Shown here: positions 1-13,664 of the stretch, one piece after another
How the letters are laid out: each line of letters opens with the position of its first letter
Position numbering within the stretch: position 1 is the stretch's first letter
Origin: Lingula anatina
Taxonomy: Eukaryota; Animalia; Brachiopoda
NCBI GenBank assembly: GCA_051362555.1
Contig: CM120646.1
Coordinates: 4,712,001 to 4,776,000, forward strand
Length of the DNA stretch: 64,000 bases
Direction: 5' to 3'
The notes under the pieces: model-generated
Told to the model about the DNA's origin: nothing
The model's input: the letters and a program-made list of their open reading frames with translations, nothing else
Databases searched by the model: none
Position numbers and translations under genes: made by a program

Positions 1-3000
1 GGTATTTGGTGAATGATTTGTAAAGATGGTATAGTCTTATGCTTGTGAGCAAAGTTTGGAGCCTTAGCTGTCTTATTTTAGAAAATTATGTAAAAGAAAG
101 TGAACCTAACGGCCAAAATATGCCATCTTTGAAAGTGGGGGTAGGGGAAAGAAAATCTTTGCTACATCAATAATGGTCAAAGATATATCAATACATTATA
201 TATCCTTATGGAGGTAAGGGATGGGAGAATTAATTACATAAATCATTTATGCATGGCAGTTAGTCAAGGGTCATTGATAATGGGTCAAAGGTCACAAGAG
301 GTCATATTTTATGAATTTTTTATAAATTAAAACCAAAATCTTTTTTTTAAATATTGTTTGAGAAAGAAATTGGTATTTGGTGAATGATTTGTAAACATGG
401 TATAGTTAAAAACTGATGAAAAAAATTTGAAACCTCAACTGTTATATTCAAAAATATTATGTAACTAGTTAAATGTGAACCTTACGGTCATAATATACCC
501 TCTTTTCATGTTGGGGTAGGGGACAGAAAATGCACGCTACATCAATATGGTGGGATATAACAATGCATTAAATATCCTTATGGAGGAAAGGGATGGGACA
601 ATTAATTTCTAAAATCATTTATGCATGGCAATAATTCAAGGGTCATAGATAATGGGTCAAAGGTCATAAGAGGTCAAATTTTATGGATTTTTCATAAATC
701 AAAGCCAAATTCTTAAAAAATATTGTTTGAAAAAGAAATTGGTATTTGGTGAATGATTTATTAACATGGCATAGCATCATACTTGTGTAAAAAATTTGGA
801 GCCTCAACAGTTTAATTTTAGAAAATTATGTAACTAGTTGAGTGTAGCCTAACAGTCAAAATTTGCCAACTTTGAAAGTGGGGGTAGGGGAGAGAAAGTG
901 CTCATCATTTAAAGGCAGTAGAAGATACGGCAACAAAATGCACATATTTATGCAGCTTTGGGAAAGGACATTTCATTTTTTGATTAAGACATGTAAACAA
1001 AGTCATGCTTCATTAGAAATAGGTCAAAAGTGTCAGTTGAGGCCAAACCTCAGCAACAATTAAAGCTTTTTCATAAATTTGAACTTAAACACCATTAAAA
1101 GAGAACATTTTCGATTATAGAAATACTTTTGGGGTATAACTAGATGTTTTGTGACTATTAAAGACTAGTTCATCGAGTATGAGGCCCCTTCTTTAATTTT
1201 TTTTTTTTTTTGCATATTATATAACTTCAATTCAAAATGGAAGTGAAAACTTTCTATTATAAGGAGTCAGGAAGTGAAATTTTACTGTCATTCAATTTGG
1301 AAGAAGTAAGATACAAAGCAATTGTATCATAGCCTGTATCCAAAAGATATAACTTCATTAAGTTTACTTTTTTAAAGAGGGCATATTACCATGCATTAAT
1401 GGGTCAGTGGTTGGTCAATGGTCACTCACACTCACTTCACAGCATAAAAATCTAAGCAATATCTGAAAATTTTAACATTTAGATGAAAACTTTTGGATGA
1501 TTTAATGGTGATACATACTTGTTTTTCACAAAGCATATTTAGGAGAATAACTAATTTTTTTAAATTAAAGCATATAAAATTTTGAAATTTGTATGACTAT
1601 ATATAACAACCTTTAGTGTATATTCACAATTATGCTGTTCAACATCAGACAGTATCTGAGGTCCAGCAGTTAAAAGTGCCTGTCAATTCAGTGTACACAA
1701 TGGATAGTTTTCCATCTAAGCAAAATGTAAAAATTGAAAGAACAGTTATTTCTAAAATAGTAATGCATGTTATGTAAGTCACTGTGTAATTGAAAACATC
1801 GATTTGAAATAAGTAAAAAGTATAAAATTTTATCAGAAACTTAAACTGCTACAAGCAGTTTGGTTTCCACATTCTTTTTTTCCAACTAATAAATGAACTT
1901 TAATTGGCAGATTTAGACGTCAAAACTTCTGTTACAGTATACACAGTAAGAAAGTGAATGTATTTCAAATCGGTTTGGAAAAGATTATTATATTAATAAA
2001 TATTACCAGTATACTCGTACCCAAGTACTGACTGGGCTGGCTCATGGATAAATAATTTTATCTAACTGATGGATAACTTTTAATTACTACATGTAATAGC
2101 TAAATTAGAATGTTCAACCAAATAATTGATAAATTTGGCAAAACACATTTAAACAATCAACATGATAATGTTACATGTGCCATGAAGCCTACTTCAATCT
2201 TCAGACTTTAGTCTATTTTTCTCTCGTTTTATAAAAAACAGAGGCAGATTTAACTTGGTGTGTGTGTGTTGGGGGTGGACAGGCTTGTTCTCAGGTCCTT
2301 GGTCCACTTGATCAGCCTATGGTGTACATGGATGAATTCATATCATGGAGCAGGGTCCATGCTTACTTAGTTCCTCTGCCATCCCATAAATCCTGTAAAT
2401 GTGTGTTCGTGAACATGTGTGTAGTATTTACAACCCCCCTCCTCAAAAGATCAATGATAATTAATAAAATTATGACAATAAACATGCTTCTGTTTGACCT
2501 TAAATGCCACCTAGCCATCAATATGTAGCCATTCTGAAGAAATGTTGAGTATAATCCTGCACGAAAACGAAGTAGGTACTCCAGCGCCGTAGACTACTGC
2601 AATCATACTGCAAACATGCTTCAAATCTGCTTCGATGTGGGAGCTAATTAGCATATTTGAAACATGCTTCTATCTTGCTGCTAATCTACTGCATTAATGC
2701 TCCTTCTCTGTACAACCCTATGTAATTTTTGAAGTAAAATTGCAGTAGGCTATACTTCATTTCTACTGCAAATATGCTCCACACCACGACTGCGTTAATG
2801 CTTCTTTGCTACTTCGATACTACTGCATTTTCCTGCGGGATGTGTATGTCCCATGTTAATAAAATTTTGACAATTTGGTTTAAGTTTAGAAATTTTAGCA
2901 GAATATGAGATAGCCTATTGTGGACTTCACTGCGTTTTCTCTCAGGACTATCATACATTCAGAACACAAACTACCCATCCTGAATCTGCAGATCTTGAAT

Positions 3001-5102
3001 ATAAATATATAGAAAGAAGAATATCTGCGAAATGTTCAGTTTCATGAAAGGACTATGCAATATTTTGATACAAGCCTTTCAATGTATAAATTTCGACTAA
3101 ATGGTACTTAAATTCCCTTGTTGTGTTATTGGTGGCATGTTTACAGGCATGAGATGATTCAATCTTTAAGGTTTAAGAGAGAATGAGGCTGAATGCATTT
3201 TTATATCTGCTATTCATACTGGATACCAGTCTGAATTTGTTTCCCTTTATCTCCTCCTGAGATCAGAATGAAGCAGGCTTAAATTTTTGTCTTTTCCAAT
3301 GAACTATCTCATTATGATACAAAACTTTTTAAATCTTTTAGAAATATAATCAAAAGACAAAGGTATGTTTCTGAATGCTAGTATTAAAAACAATACCTAT
3401 TTCCCTTGATTATTGAATCAAAATAAACAGTATATGTAGGCTTTTTAATTTTTTAGGAAAAGTAACCAAATGTGAATAAAATATATGAAAATGAGTATAT
3501 ACAGTCTCAAATTTAAAACATTAGTCATAAGTAATTATATAATATAAGTTATCCCTAAATATAATACATTTAAACCAAAAAATAATCTTTAAATGGTGTT
3601 AAGGTTTATATTTATAAGAAAGCTTAAAATTTGTCCTGGACTAACCTTTCAACCTTTTTCTAATGAGGCATGACTTTCTATGCAGGTGTCTTAATCAATA
3701 AATTAAGGTCCAAAGCTGCATAAATATGTGCATTTTGTTGCTGTATATTCTACTATCTTCAAACGATGAACAGTTTCTCTCCCCTACCCCCACTTTCAAA
3801 GAGGGCATATTTTGACCATAAGGTTCCATGTAACAAGTTACATAATTATCTAAAATATAACAGATGAGGCTCCTAATTCTTTTCATAAGTATGATGCTAT
3901 ACCATTTTTATAAGTCATCCACCAAATACCAATTTTTGTCTCAAACAATATTTTTTACTATGATTTTGGTTTTAATTTATGAAGAATCCATTAAATTTGA
4001 CCACTTGTGACCTTTGACCCATTATCAATGACCCTTGACTTATTGTCACACATAAATGATTTATGAAATTAATTGTCCCATCCCTTTCCTCCACAAGGAT
4101 ATATAATGCATTGATATATCTTTCACCATATTGATGTAGCAAGAATTTTCTGTCCCCTACCCCAACTTGCAAAGAGGGCATATTATGACAGTAAGGTTCA
4201 CATTTAACTAGTTACATAATATTTTTTAAATAAAACAGTTGAGGCTTCAAATTTTTTTCATGAGTGTTTTACTATACCATGTTTACAAATCATTCACCAA
4301 ATACCAATTTCTTTCTCAAACAATATTTTTAAAAAGATTTTGGTTTTAATTTATAAAAAATCCATAAAATATGACCACTTGTGACCTTAGACCCATTATC
4401 AATGACCCTTGACTAACTGTCATGCATAATTGATTGATGAAATTAATTGACCCATCCCTTACCTCCATAAGGATATATAATGTATTGATATATCTTTGAC
4501 CATTATTGATGTAGCAAGGATTTTCTTTCCCCTACCCCCACTTTCAAAGATGGCATATTTTGGCCGTTAGGTTCACATTCTTTTACATAATTTTCTAAAA
4601 TAAGACAGCTGAGGCTCCACACTTTGCTCACAAGCATAAGACTATACCATCTTTACAAATCATTCACCAAATACCATATTCTTACTTAAACAATGATTTA
4701 AAAAAAACTTTTTGGCTTTAATTTATGAAAAATCCTAAAAAATGACCTCCTGTGACCTTTGACCCATTATCAATGACCCTTGACTAATTGTCATGCATTC
4801 ATGACTTTTGAAATAAATTGTCCCATCCCTTGCCTCCATAAGGATATACAATTTATTGATATACCTGTTACCATATAGATATAGTAAGCAATTTCTCTTC
4901 CCTACCCCCATCTGGAAAAAGTCCTTGCTGCTGCAGGGGTGGGGTTATATAAGGTGTGATAGCACACAAAAAGCTACCACTATGAGAAGGCTATCACACA
5001 TATTTGGACACTAGAGACATAGGCCTTACTAAAAATCACTATGAGAATTTGGCCCTTTTTTGGTACCAATGGCTGAAAATCAGGCGTCTGGCTCATGGAC
5101 TA
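1..5102. mobile_element. Large non-autonomous foldback DNA transposon (Academ-like termini), left end outside the window
   Basis: ~370-bp tandem units at 1, 372 and 741 are mirrored on the opposite strand at ~3640-5100 (position 1 pairs with 4675, near-identical). The right terminus ends GGACTA (5097-5102), the same terminus as the 9996-13382 element. No coding capacity recognised. Confidence 0.8.
2556..2840. mobile_element. MITE with CCCGCA-type TIRs nested in the foldback element
   Basis: TIRs tcctgcacgaaaacgaagtag / ctactgcattttcctgcggga; a near-identical copy lies at ~45835-46108. Confidence 0.75.
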
Positions 5103-5253
5103 TTCACGCGAATCTGGCTATCAAGGCAAGAGTTGGGACGAAATAATGGACGACTTTCTCATGGCCGGACGCTGGGTCACGGTGACCAGACGCCTGGTGG
5201 AGCAGTCGTTTAACGCCCAGGACGGGATGCAGTATACATTTCGTGTGAAGTAA
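5103..5253 (+). pseudogene. METTL27-like methyltransferase copy 0: 3' part of the last exon, interrupted by the foldback transposon
   Basis: Reads (Y)SRESGYQGKSWDEIMDDFLMAGRWVTVTRRLVEQSFNAQDGMQYTFRVK*, homologous to exon 5 of the other copies. The 5' part of the exon is replaced by the transposon end. Confidence 0.8.
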
Positions 5254-6333
5254 ATCCGGTCTTGTTGAGGTCGTTTGTGCTTCGTATATGATCATTCCTT
5301 AGGACAATTGAACGAGTCGCACTAGGACTGATTTAAATGTACAATTTTAAATTTTATCATCTGGACCTGCAGCGACATTAAAATAAAATAACGCTATGGA
5401 ATTGTACTAAGATATTTTTTATTTCTAATAAAACACCATTAACATAAATAACCCAAAAAGATTAAAGCAACTTCTAAAGTTACTTATATAAGAGGTCAAT
5501 ACATGGACGTATTTTCTTATCTATAACAGTGAAATAGTACAATCAACCACAGAAAACACCCAATCAGTCATCAGATTTTAAAATTAAATTGTGTTAAATA
5601 TATGTGTAAAAAAAAACAATGCGTAATTTGTAGTCATTTGCACCCATTTCTTTGCGGACATGTGGTATACTCTCTTTTCCTTTCAGTTCTTATCGGTCGT
5701 CAAAGGCAACATATGGTTATCTCTTACTGCATTTTGCAGTAAATGATGCACTGTCCACGAGCCCGATATCACGATGCTATCGTATATCGGGCGAGGGGGT
5801 AACAGTGCATTATTTGTCAAACATACAAAGGGAAATCGTGTGTGCTCCCCACCCAAACCCCCTAACTTTGAATAGAACATCACACCGCGTATGGTGTGAT
5901 ATCAAAGAATGGACTTTCCACGCGTTAACTGCCTAATTGAGGTCACCATCAGACATCATGCAGGCAGCTCCTTTAATTGTTGATTTATCGGATCTCGTTG
6001 AGAATACCCCCCCCCCCCAAAAAAAAAAAAAAAATAAATAAATAAATAATCAGTTTTATTGGAAAAAATGCATCTAAATGGAACTGTTATGAATCTGAAA
6101 TTACAACATCTGCTTGAAGACGCCATGGAAGAAATATAGTTTATTCGCCCATCATGTGCAAGACTGAAAATGTGAGGAAAACTAGATTAATTTTTTGTTT
6201 GGCCTACATATAGCACTAAATAAATATCAAAGCGCTAAATATATTTACATTGCCAAAGATACGTACGTGCTTTGACAGCAGATGACCCCCAGCAGCCGAT
6301 AGTTTGTGACTTACACTTTAAGTCGTTTCAAAA

Positions 6334-8215
6334 ATGGCTAACACAGAGGAGACAAAGCTTCCAATTTTGGATGAGCTAGACAAACCAGGCATCACAAATG
6401 AAGAGGTGGAGAACTTGTATGCAAGATGGGCCAAAGATTACGACAAGGTGAGATCATTTTTAATTTTTTTGTTAGAAATTTAGCATGACTAAATCGGGTT
6501 AGACTTGGGTTAGACTTTGAAAAATATAATTATGCAAACAAATATATCCATCCTATACAAACATGATGAGGATTTTTCATACCTGTTGCTATTTTAAGTT
6601 AAAGCGTAATCCAATGTCTAGACTATCCCGGGTACCCAAACGTAGCCAAGACGCTAGTTTGTTTATCCAGTTCAGTCTGTTTATAATCCAAACGAATGCT
6701 TACAATCCAAAAGCTTACATCTTTATTAGTTGATCAATAAAGATGACATAAACAAACGTCAAAACGTTTATGTATATGCTGCTGTTAATTCCGAATGTTA
6801 AATATTTATTTAAACCTTTTTAATGCAGGATCTCGAGGACCTCAACTACTATGCACCGGCTAACAATGCTAATGAAATAGAGAAAACATTGAAAGAAAAA
6901 AAGACGCGCTTATTTTAGATGCCGGCTGCGGAACTGGCTTGGCCGGAGTAGAAGTGAGTGGTTTACTTTTTTAATTAATTAGTATATAATTCTGAATCAT
7001 AATGGGCACTAATAAAAAAGGTATCTCAACAGGTGATCTCAGCTATTGTGCGTAACATTATGAAAGTTTGAACAAGAAAAGTGGCATTTTGTAGCGATAA
7101 ACTTTCTGTTATATATTACAGGTTGCTAAGTATTTTAAAAGCTAAAATAAACTAGCTTTGATATGTAAAAGCTGAAATAAACTACATTTCGTATGTCTTA
7201 GCTTACAAAGCGTGGTTTCCACAACCTCCACGCCCTGGATGGGTCAAGTGAAATGCTTGAGAAGGCCAAACAGATAAGGGCATCTATAAGAAAACGATAT
7301 GTGCCTTACTTGGACCAAATCGGCTGGATATCCCGGACAGTACGTAGCAATACATTTAGCTTGTTTTTTTTACTTATCCATGTTTTTTATTCGGTTACTC
7401 TCCGAGATTGTTTAGGGTGGAACATATGCAGTGTATTGGTCTTCTGTGATCAAACTTGCCTTGTATTGCCAGTGTTTCTAGACTAAGTGCCACCCACCAA
7501 ATTCTTGGTTTTGCCTCATTATTCTACTTATCAACTTGGTTGGAATTATGACATCGGCTACTCCAATCCGTCAGCAGAGCTGTAAATTTTACTCTCTTTC
7601 TCTTAACTACCAGATACATACGACGCAATTGTCATGTGCGGGGCTGTTGGTTCTGGACACGTGAACGGAAGTTGCTTGGGGGAACTCATTCGCATCGTTA
7701 AACCAGGTTAGTCAATGTGGCATTTGTAAAAATTCGTAGAGAAAGTCAGGATTGACAATCTTTAAGTGTCGGTCATTTAACCTGATTTTTGCACATGGAA
7801 TTTCGATCATTCAACAAAATTTGATCAAGATTTCTGTCGATGAACAATGCTAACAATGATTTTCGAAATTGGACTTGTCCTTCCTGGTTTTGATCCATCC
7901 ACCCATCTCTCATTAGGTTGTGGTTTCATTCTCAAAAATTGAGCGTAAGGTCATAGTGACTATCGCGAGAAACCGAATAATCTACAATTGTATATAGTTT
8001 TATTAATGTTTGTTCTTTTTCCTTTTTTCGGCGGCTATGTCATCGTTGACATCCTTTTCAAGTATGCCCATGACTGTGGCTACCAAGGCAAGAGTTGGGA
8101 CGAACTAATTGACGACTTCCTGATGACCGGACGCTGGGTCACTGTGACCAGACGCCTGGTGGAGAAGTCGTTTAACTCTCTGGACGGGATGCAGTACACT
8201 TTTCAAGTGAAATAA
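6334..8215 (+). pseudogene. METTL27/WBSCR27-like SAM methyltransferase copy A, disrupted (pseudogene or assembly indels)
   Basis: Exons 6334-6447 (MANTEETKLPILDELDKPGITNEEVENLYARWAKDYDK), 6829-6953 (125 nt vs 126 in paralogs, -1 in an A-run before ALILDAGCGTGLAG), 7202-7339 (138 vs 136 nt, +2), 7614-7706 and 8031-8215 (acceptor reads TTTCG instead of TTTCAG). Motifs YxxWAxDYD, LDAGCGTG, LHALDGS and RIVKPGG match the METTL27 family. Confidence 0.85.
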
Positions 8216-8289
8216 ATCTGAGCATATTGAGACCATTTTGTGTTTTTTTTATATATGGTCAGTTCTAAGGACAGATGAGTGATCCTTGA

Positions 8290-8652
8290 CAGTGGCGAAT
8301 CTAAATCTGTAGCGTAATGGAAATAAAGAAGAGTTATGAATTTGATTTTTTTAAATTTCAAATAAAACTTCAAGTTAAAAAAGTATTAAGCTTTAACATT
8401 TGTTAAGATTGCAAATAACTTAAAAGGTCATTTCTGTGGACGTAATTTGATATATGATATATAAAAGTACCCCATCTCGAAACATTTTGATATCGTAGAG
8501 GGCGAACGGTGCCATGTGGTACGAATTAGAACTATGATTCAGCTAGTCAAAATTCTGACACCAGGAGGGGACGACTTGTGTGTTTTTTTTTTTTCAAATA
8601 TCAAAGTGAGGAGTTAGGACCCCTCTGACGCCCCCTTAAAAATCCGCCACCG
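8290..8652. mobile_element. MITE with CAGTGGCGGAT-type TIRs (hAT-like, degraded)
   Basis: cagtggcgaat at 8290 and aatccgccaccg at ~8641-8652; same TIR class as 24595-24762 and 50618-50893. Confidence 0.5.
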
Positions 8653-9995
8653 TGCCTTCATATTGTGCCCCTTTCCTAAATATTCAGCGGTGTGAATTCT
8701 AAATCTAAGGACAAATAGACGCGCCGTATCATCTCGTGCACCTTAGTGAACTCTTGTGCGTGCTAATTTGTGCTCCCGTGACGTTGAAATGCCCCATATA
8801 GTGCTTATCAAATGACTAGGGCCTAAGTCAGTTTATATAAAATATTGGTTTTTCAGTATTAATAGGTGAGTAATTATGTTTTATATCGCAAGCTTATATG
8901 TTGATGTTATTACAAGATCACAGTATTGAATTTACTGACGGAAGAATTTTGCACAAAAAAAAAAAAAAAAAAATTGTGACAAAAAAAAAAAAGTGTCAAA
9001 ATTTAAAAAGCGACTAAAGATGTCTACAATAAACCATAATTATTTTACTTTGCCTTAGATGGAGGTCCCTGAACCCTACTTTATCATCGGTGCTGTTATC
9101 TGCAGCAGACAGTCATTGACCGCGATAAAGTCCATGTGTAGGCCTACTAGGTATTAACCTGTCCATGAGGAGGTGAAGCACCGGGTTACCGGGTCTATTC
9201 TAAGGGCGCATTCAGATTCACACATCGTGTTAGCTGGGTCTGTCCAACTCTGCGTGGGGTTATTATTAAAGTAAAATCATTGATATCAGCTTTAACAAAT
9301 CAGAACGCGGTCGTTATAATTAACCCATTGTTGCTCGAGGAAGCGTATCAGACAACTAAGCCGACTCCACTTTTAATTTTGAAAAGAATTGTCTTAAGTA
9401 CCTTAAGAGGACACTTGGCGCTTTAAATGTATTTGTTGTTTGCTATAATAAAATATTTCCACTACGTATGTAAAACAATAAAGAAACATCAAATCGGCCA
9501 ATGAGTAATTATCCAAATTCGTAGATTGGTTTTATTTTCATCTAGAAGAAATAAAAGTTACAGTATAGACATACAAAATGAGAAAGATTTCTCTCGATTA
9601 TCACTCCATGGGTGCAGATACGAATGATTCCTTAATCAACGAAGAAAGATAATGTGCGAGAGAGTTACAGTACATACATGTATATGCTAACTGCAACTGC
9701 CTGAGCTGTTAATACCTTCTTCATATTTTTAATTTATTGGGTAATGCCCATATGTATCTATCTAAAAAGCCATGTCTTACGATCCTGGGGCATGCTTTAC
9801 GTAATGGAATTACTGCACTGTATTAAAAAGGATGTACACACGCTGCAAGTGAAAATACAAGAATTTTAGCATGTAATTGTCTCGACCATGTATCAATACA
9901 GTTTTCTTAATAGTCATTGTGTTCTATTAAGATACTGATAGTTTGAAAAATTGAATATTGAGGTCCAGCATATTCATTCACCCAATAAGCACTAA

Positions 9996-12900
9996 TAGTC
10001 CAGGAAATTGGTGAAAAATTGTGCATTTTTTACCTACAGGCATGAAATTTGGCACACTTATGGACAATGAAATTCTAAGCAAATTTTGATATATGGGCAT
10101 GTCTGAAAATTCCAAAATGGCCGTCAAATCCAATATGGCCACCAAAATACCTTTTCAAATTAAAACTTCAAGTACATAGTCTTCTAATGACTTAAAATAT
10201 CATATAAAGGTTGGAAAATACCATTGTATGAATCCTTCAGGTGTATCAAATCCAAAATGGCTGCCAAAAGTAAAAAAGCAGACCATTTATTCAAGATATC
10301 CATTTGAATGGGGAATTCATCAAGCACTTAAAACTAAAAGCATAAAATTTGGCAGGTTTGTGGAAAATGAAATTCTGAGCAAGTTTGGATGTATAGGCAT
10401 ATCCGAAAATTTGAAAATGGCCTTCAAATCCAAGATGGCCTCCAAAAATATGGCTTCTAATTAAGCTTCAAGTGCATAGTCTTTTAAGGGCGTAAATATC
10501 ATACAAAGGTTAAAAAACACCACGGTATGAATTCAGAATCAATATGTGCTTTTTTAGGTGTATTAAATCCAAAATGGCCGCCAATAGTAAAAGCACTCTA
10601 CTAATCCAAGATATCCAGCAGAGTGGTTAATTCATCAAAAACTACAAGCATGGCATTTGGTACAGTTGTAAAACAGGATTCCAAGCACTTTTGGATGTAT
10701 GAGCATGTCTAAAAATTTCAATATATGGCCCCCAAATCCAATATAGCCGACACAAATACCCGTTCAAATTAAAACTTCAAGTATATATAATCCTATAATA
10801 ACTTAAGATAACATTTTATGGTTAGAAAAGACTATGGTATGCATGAAGTATCAATATTTTATTCTTTAAATGTATAGAAATCCAAAATGGCCTCCAAAAA
10901 TAAGAAAAACAGGCCACTCACAGCAGCAGTATGGTGAATTCATCATGCACTTAAAACTACAAGCATGAAAATTGGCTCAATTGTACATAACAGGAATCTA
11001 AGCAATGTGTTATATAGGGACATGTCTGAATATTCTAATATGGCCACTAAAACCCTTTTAAAGTAAAAAAAAGACTACTATACAATCTGACTGACAACAG
11101 TCTTTACTCTTTTTTGGTTTTTCGCTCCTTTAGTTACATTTAGACACAAATGACCATAAAAAATGGACTAGGACTCCTTTTGGTCTAGTTGTGACACCAC
11201 ATGCAGCAATTCTATAAATGTCAAGGATATGAAAATGTCAAGGTATTTTCACAAATAAGTTCCAAATTAACGAATGTTATTTTATCAAGTAAGTGTTGCA
11301 CATTTTATGGGCGGTCAACCTTTTACTTTAGTAAATGGACAATATCTCAACAGAGGATAACAGCTAGCTACACCGAAATTTCTACTTATTTGGTTAAATA
11401 ATTTTAATTCATTAATGTGTGCCTAGCTTTACTAGTAGTTGTGTTTCCTTCAGCTTTCCCAGTATTTCCTTAAAGCTATAGCTCCTACATGTAATCCAAT
11501 TTCCCCAACAAAATACCAAGAGGCATTGGTCGTTTTTAACACCAGAAAGCATCAGTTTACATGCATGAGGGTCAATAGGAATATGAAAGTGTGGAAGGGC
11601 ATAGAAGTAGATGTAGGTTACTGGTGTGAACCCTTATAGGACCAGTCTTCCAATGCTTCTGACTCCCCTCACCACAGTTAGCAACTGCACACATAACTAC
11701 AAACAGATGTGGTAGGAGCTACCTGGTAGATTTTGTTCGCTGGGTAAGTGAATACTCCTCATGGCTTCATTCTGGATTGTCCCACAGAGACAATGATGCC
11801 GGAAATCTCATGAATTTTTACCTTTCAAAGTCCATATTGCACTAATTTCTTGGTGTAATCCTGAGAATACACCGTTTTTTTGAAGTTTTGTATGTATTAA
11901 CTGTCTGGAGGATGTTAATTCTTTTATTTTCATGTTTTTTGAAAGTATAAGTTTGTAACTAAACAAGTTGCCAAATGATCAAATGAAAACCAAAGTTTGG
12001 CGCCTATCAGTGCTTCTTTTTTAGTGCACGAAGTGTGAAGCCTGCAATGCAACTCTTGGATACAGCACGTATCAACACCTGCCCTCTGTTTGGGGTACGG
12101 GGTACAGGTATTTCTTTGCTCATAAATTTCTACTAAATTCTCGGTAGCCATTACTGCGAATGTACTAAAGACAATTTTTTAAATAAGAAGCTTTTCTAAT
12201 TTACTTTTGAAGCACAAGATAACATCATAACATTATCGAGTGCAAATGTGCCCCGCTTTTTAGTACTTTACCAATGAAAAACACCAAATTGTGAGACCTG
12301 TATGTTTGATTAGCTGTCATCTTTGTTATATTTATGAGCATTTGATGAAGCGCCATGCACTGATCTAGCTGAAGAATCATTACCAACAGACAAAATTGGT
12401 ACACCCGAAGTTTTTTATATTTGCCTCTTTAAGGTTAAGTTATTCTGGTGTTTCTTTCATATTTTATGGATTTTGCACGATACTTTTTTTCTTAGAAAGG
12501 GGGAGTCACTCATGAGTGCCACATAAGAAGATTGGGAATTGATCTAAATGAGAATCCAGAGCAAAAAGTCAAACTACTTATGTTGGTTTATCAAAAGAAG
12601 GACTGTTTTCAGTACATAATAAATGTATCATGCTTGATGTTTTTTTTAAAACTCTGTAGAATAGCTACTGCACAGGTAGGAATATGCTGATTATACAGGT
12701 AGTTTGCAAAGCCCACATGCCTATTCACGAGTGATTACAATTCAATAATTGTGGTCTGCTGACTTTTGGAGGCCATTTTGGAATTTTAAAACCTTAAGTG
12801 GCAGATACTGATACTTCATACATACAATGGTATTTTCTAACCATTAAATGATATTTTTATAAAAGACTATACAAATAACTTTCACCTTGAAAGGGTATTT

Positions 12901-13382
12901 TGGGGGCAATATTGAAATTGGCTGCCATATTGGAATTTTCAGACATGCCCCTATATCCAACGTTGCTTAGAATCATGTTCTACATAACTGTGCCAGTTTT
13001 TATGCTTGTAATTGTAAGTGCTTGATGATTTTACAAAACTGCTGCATATTTTGCGTAATTAAACTGCTAATTTTACTTTTGGAGGCCATTTTGGAATTCT
13101 ATACACCTGTAGAAGCGAATATCGATAATTCATTCATAGCATGATATTTGCCAGCTATAAAATGATATTTTAAACCATTTTAGGACTATATATTAGATGT
13201 TTTAATTTAAAAGAGTATTTGTGGCGGCCATATTGGATTTGGAGGCCATACTGGAATTTTCAGACATGCCCATATATCCAAAAAAAGCTTAGAATTCCAT
13301 TATCTACAATTGTGGCAAATTTCATGCTTGTAGGTGAAAAACGCACAGTTCACCCTTTTTTCTGCACCAATTTCTTGGACTA
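9996..13382. mobile_element. Non-autonomous DNA transposon with long internally repetitive TIRs and a 3-bp TSD (Academ-like)
   Basis: Termini TAGTCCAGGAAATTGGTG...CACCAATTTCTTGGACTA with TAA on both sides. The arms (~9996-11050 and ~12760-13382) are inverted copies. The paralogous empty site is at ~18935-18945. Confidence 0.85.
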
Positions 13383-13529
13383 TAAATGCCTAGTCACTTA
13401 CATAAATAACGTAGGCAGCACCATGTTCTAGTGTTTTAAGCATATAAATCCCGCTAATGAGTTGATGCTGACTTCAAATGATCACAACAAATGTTTTCAC
13501 CAAGCAGGCGCGAAGAAAGCACATTTTAA

Positions 13530-13571
<42 letters not shown>

Positions 13572-13664
13572 CCATTCAGAAGCAAAAGGAAAATCCCAAC
13601 AGTTCACCTTACTTTTTGTGCTCATTTCTGCCGTAGTTGAAATAGGTTGGCTTCTAAACCACAG

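Noticed and set aside
863-4181. Similar short ORFs (MPTLKVGVGER...) on both strands
   Set aside because: They are translations of the foldback arm repeat unit, not genes.
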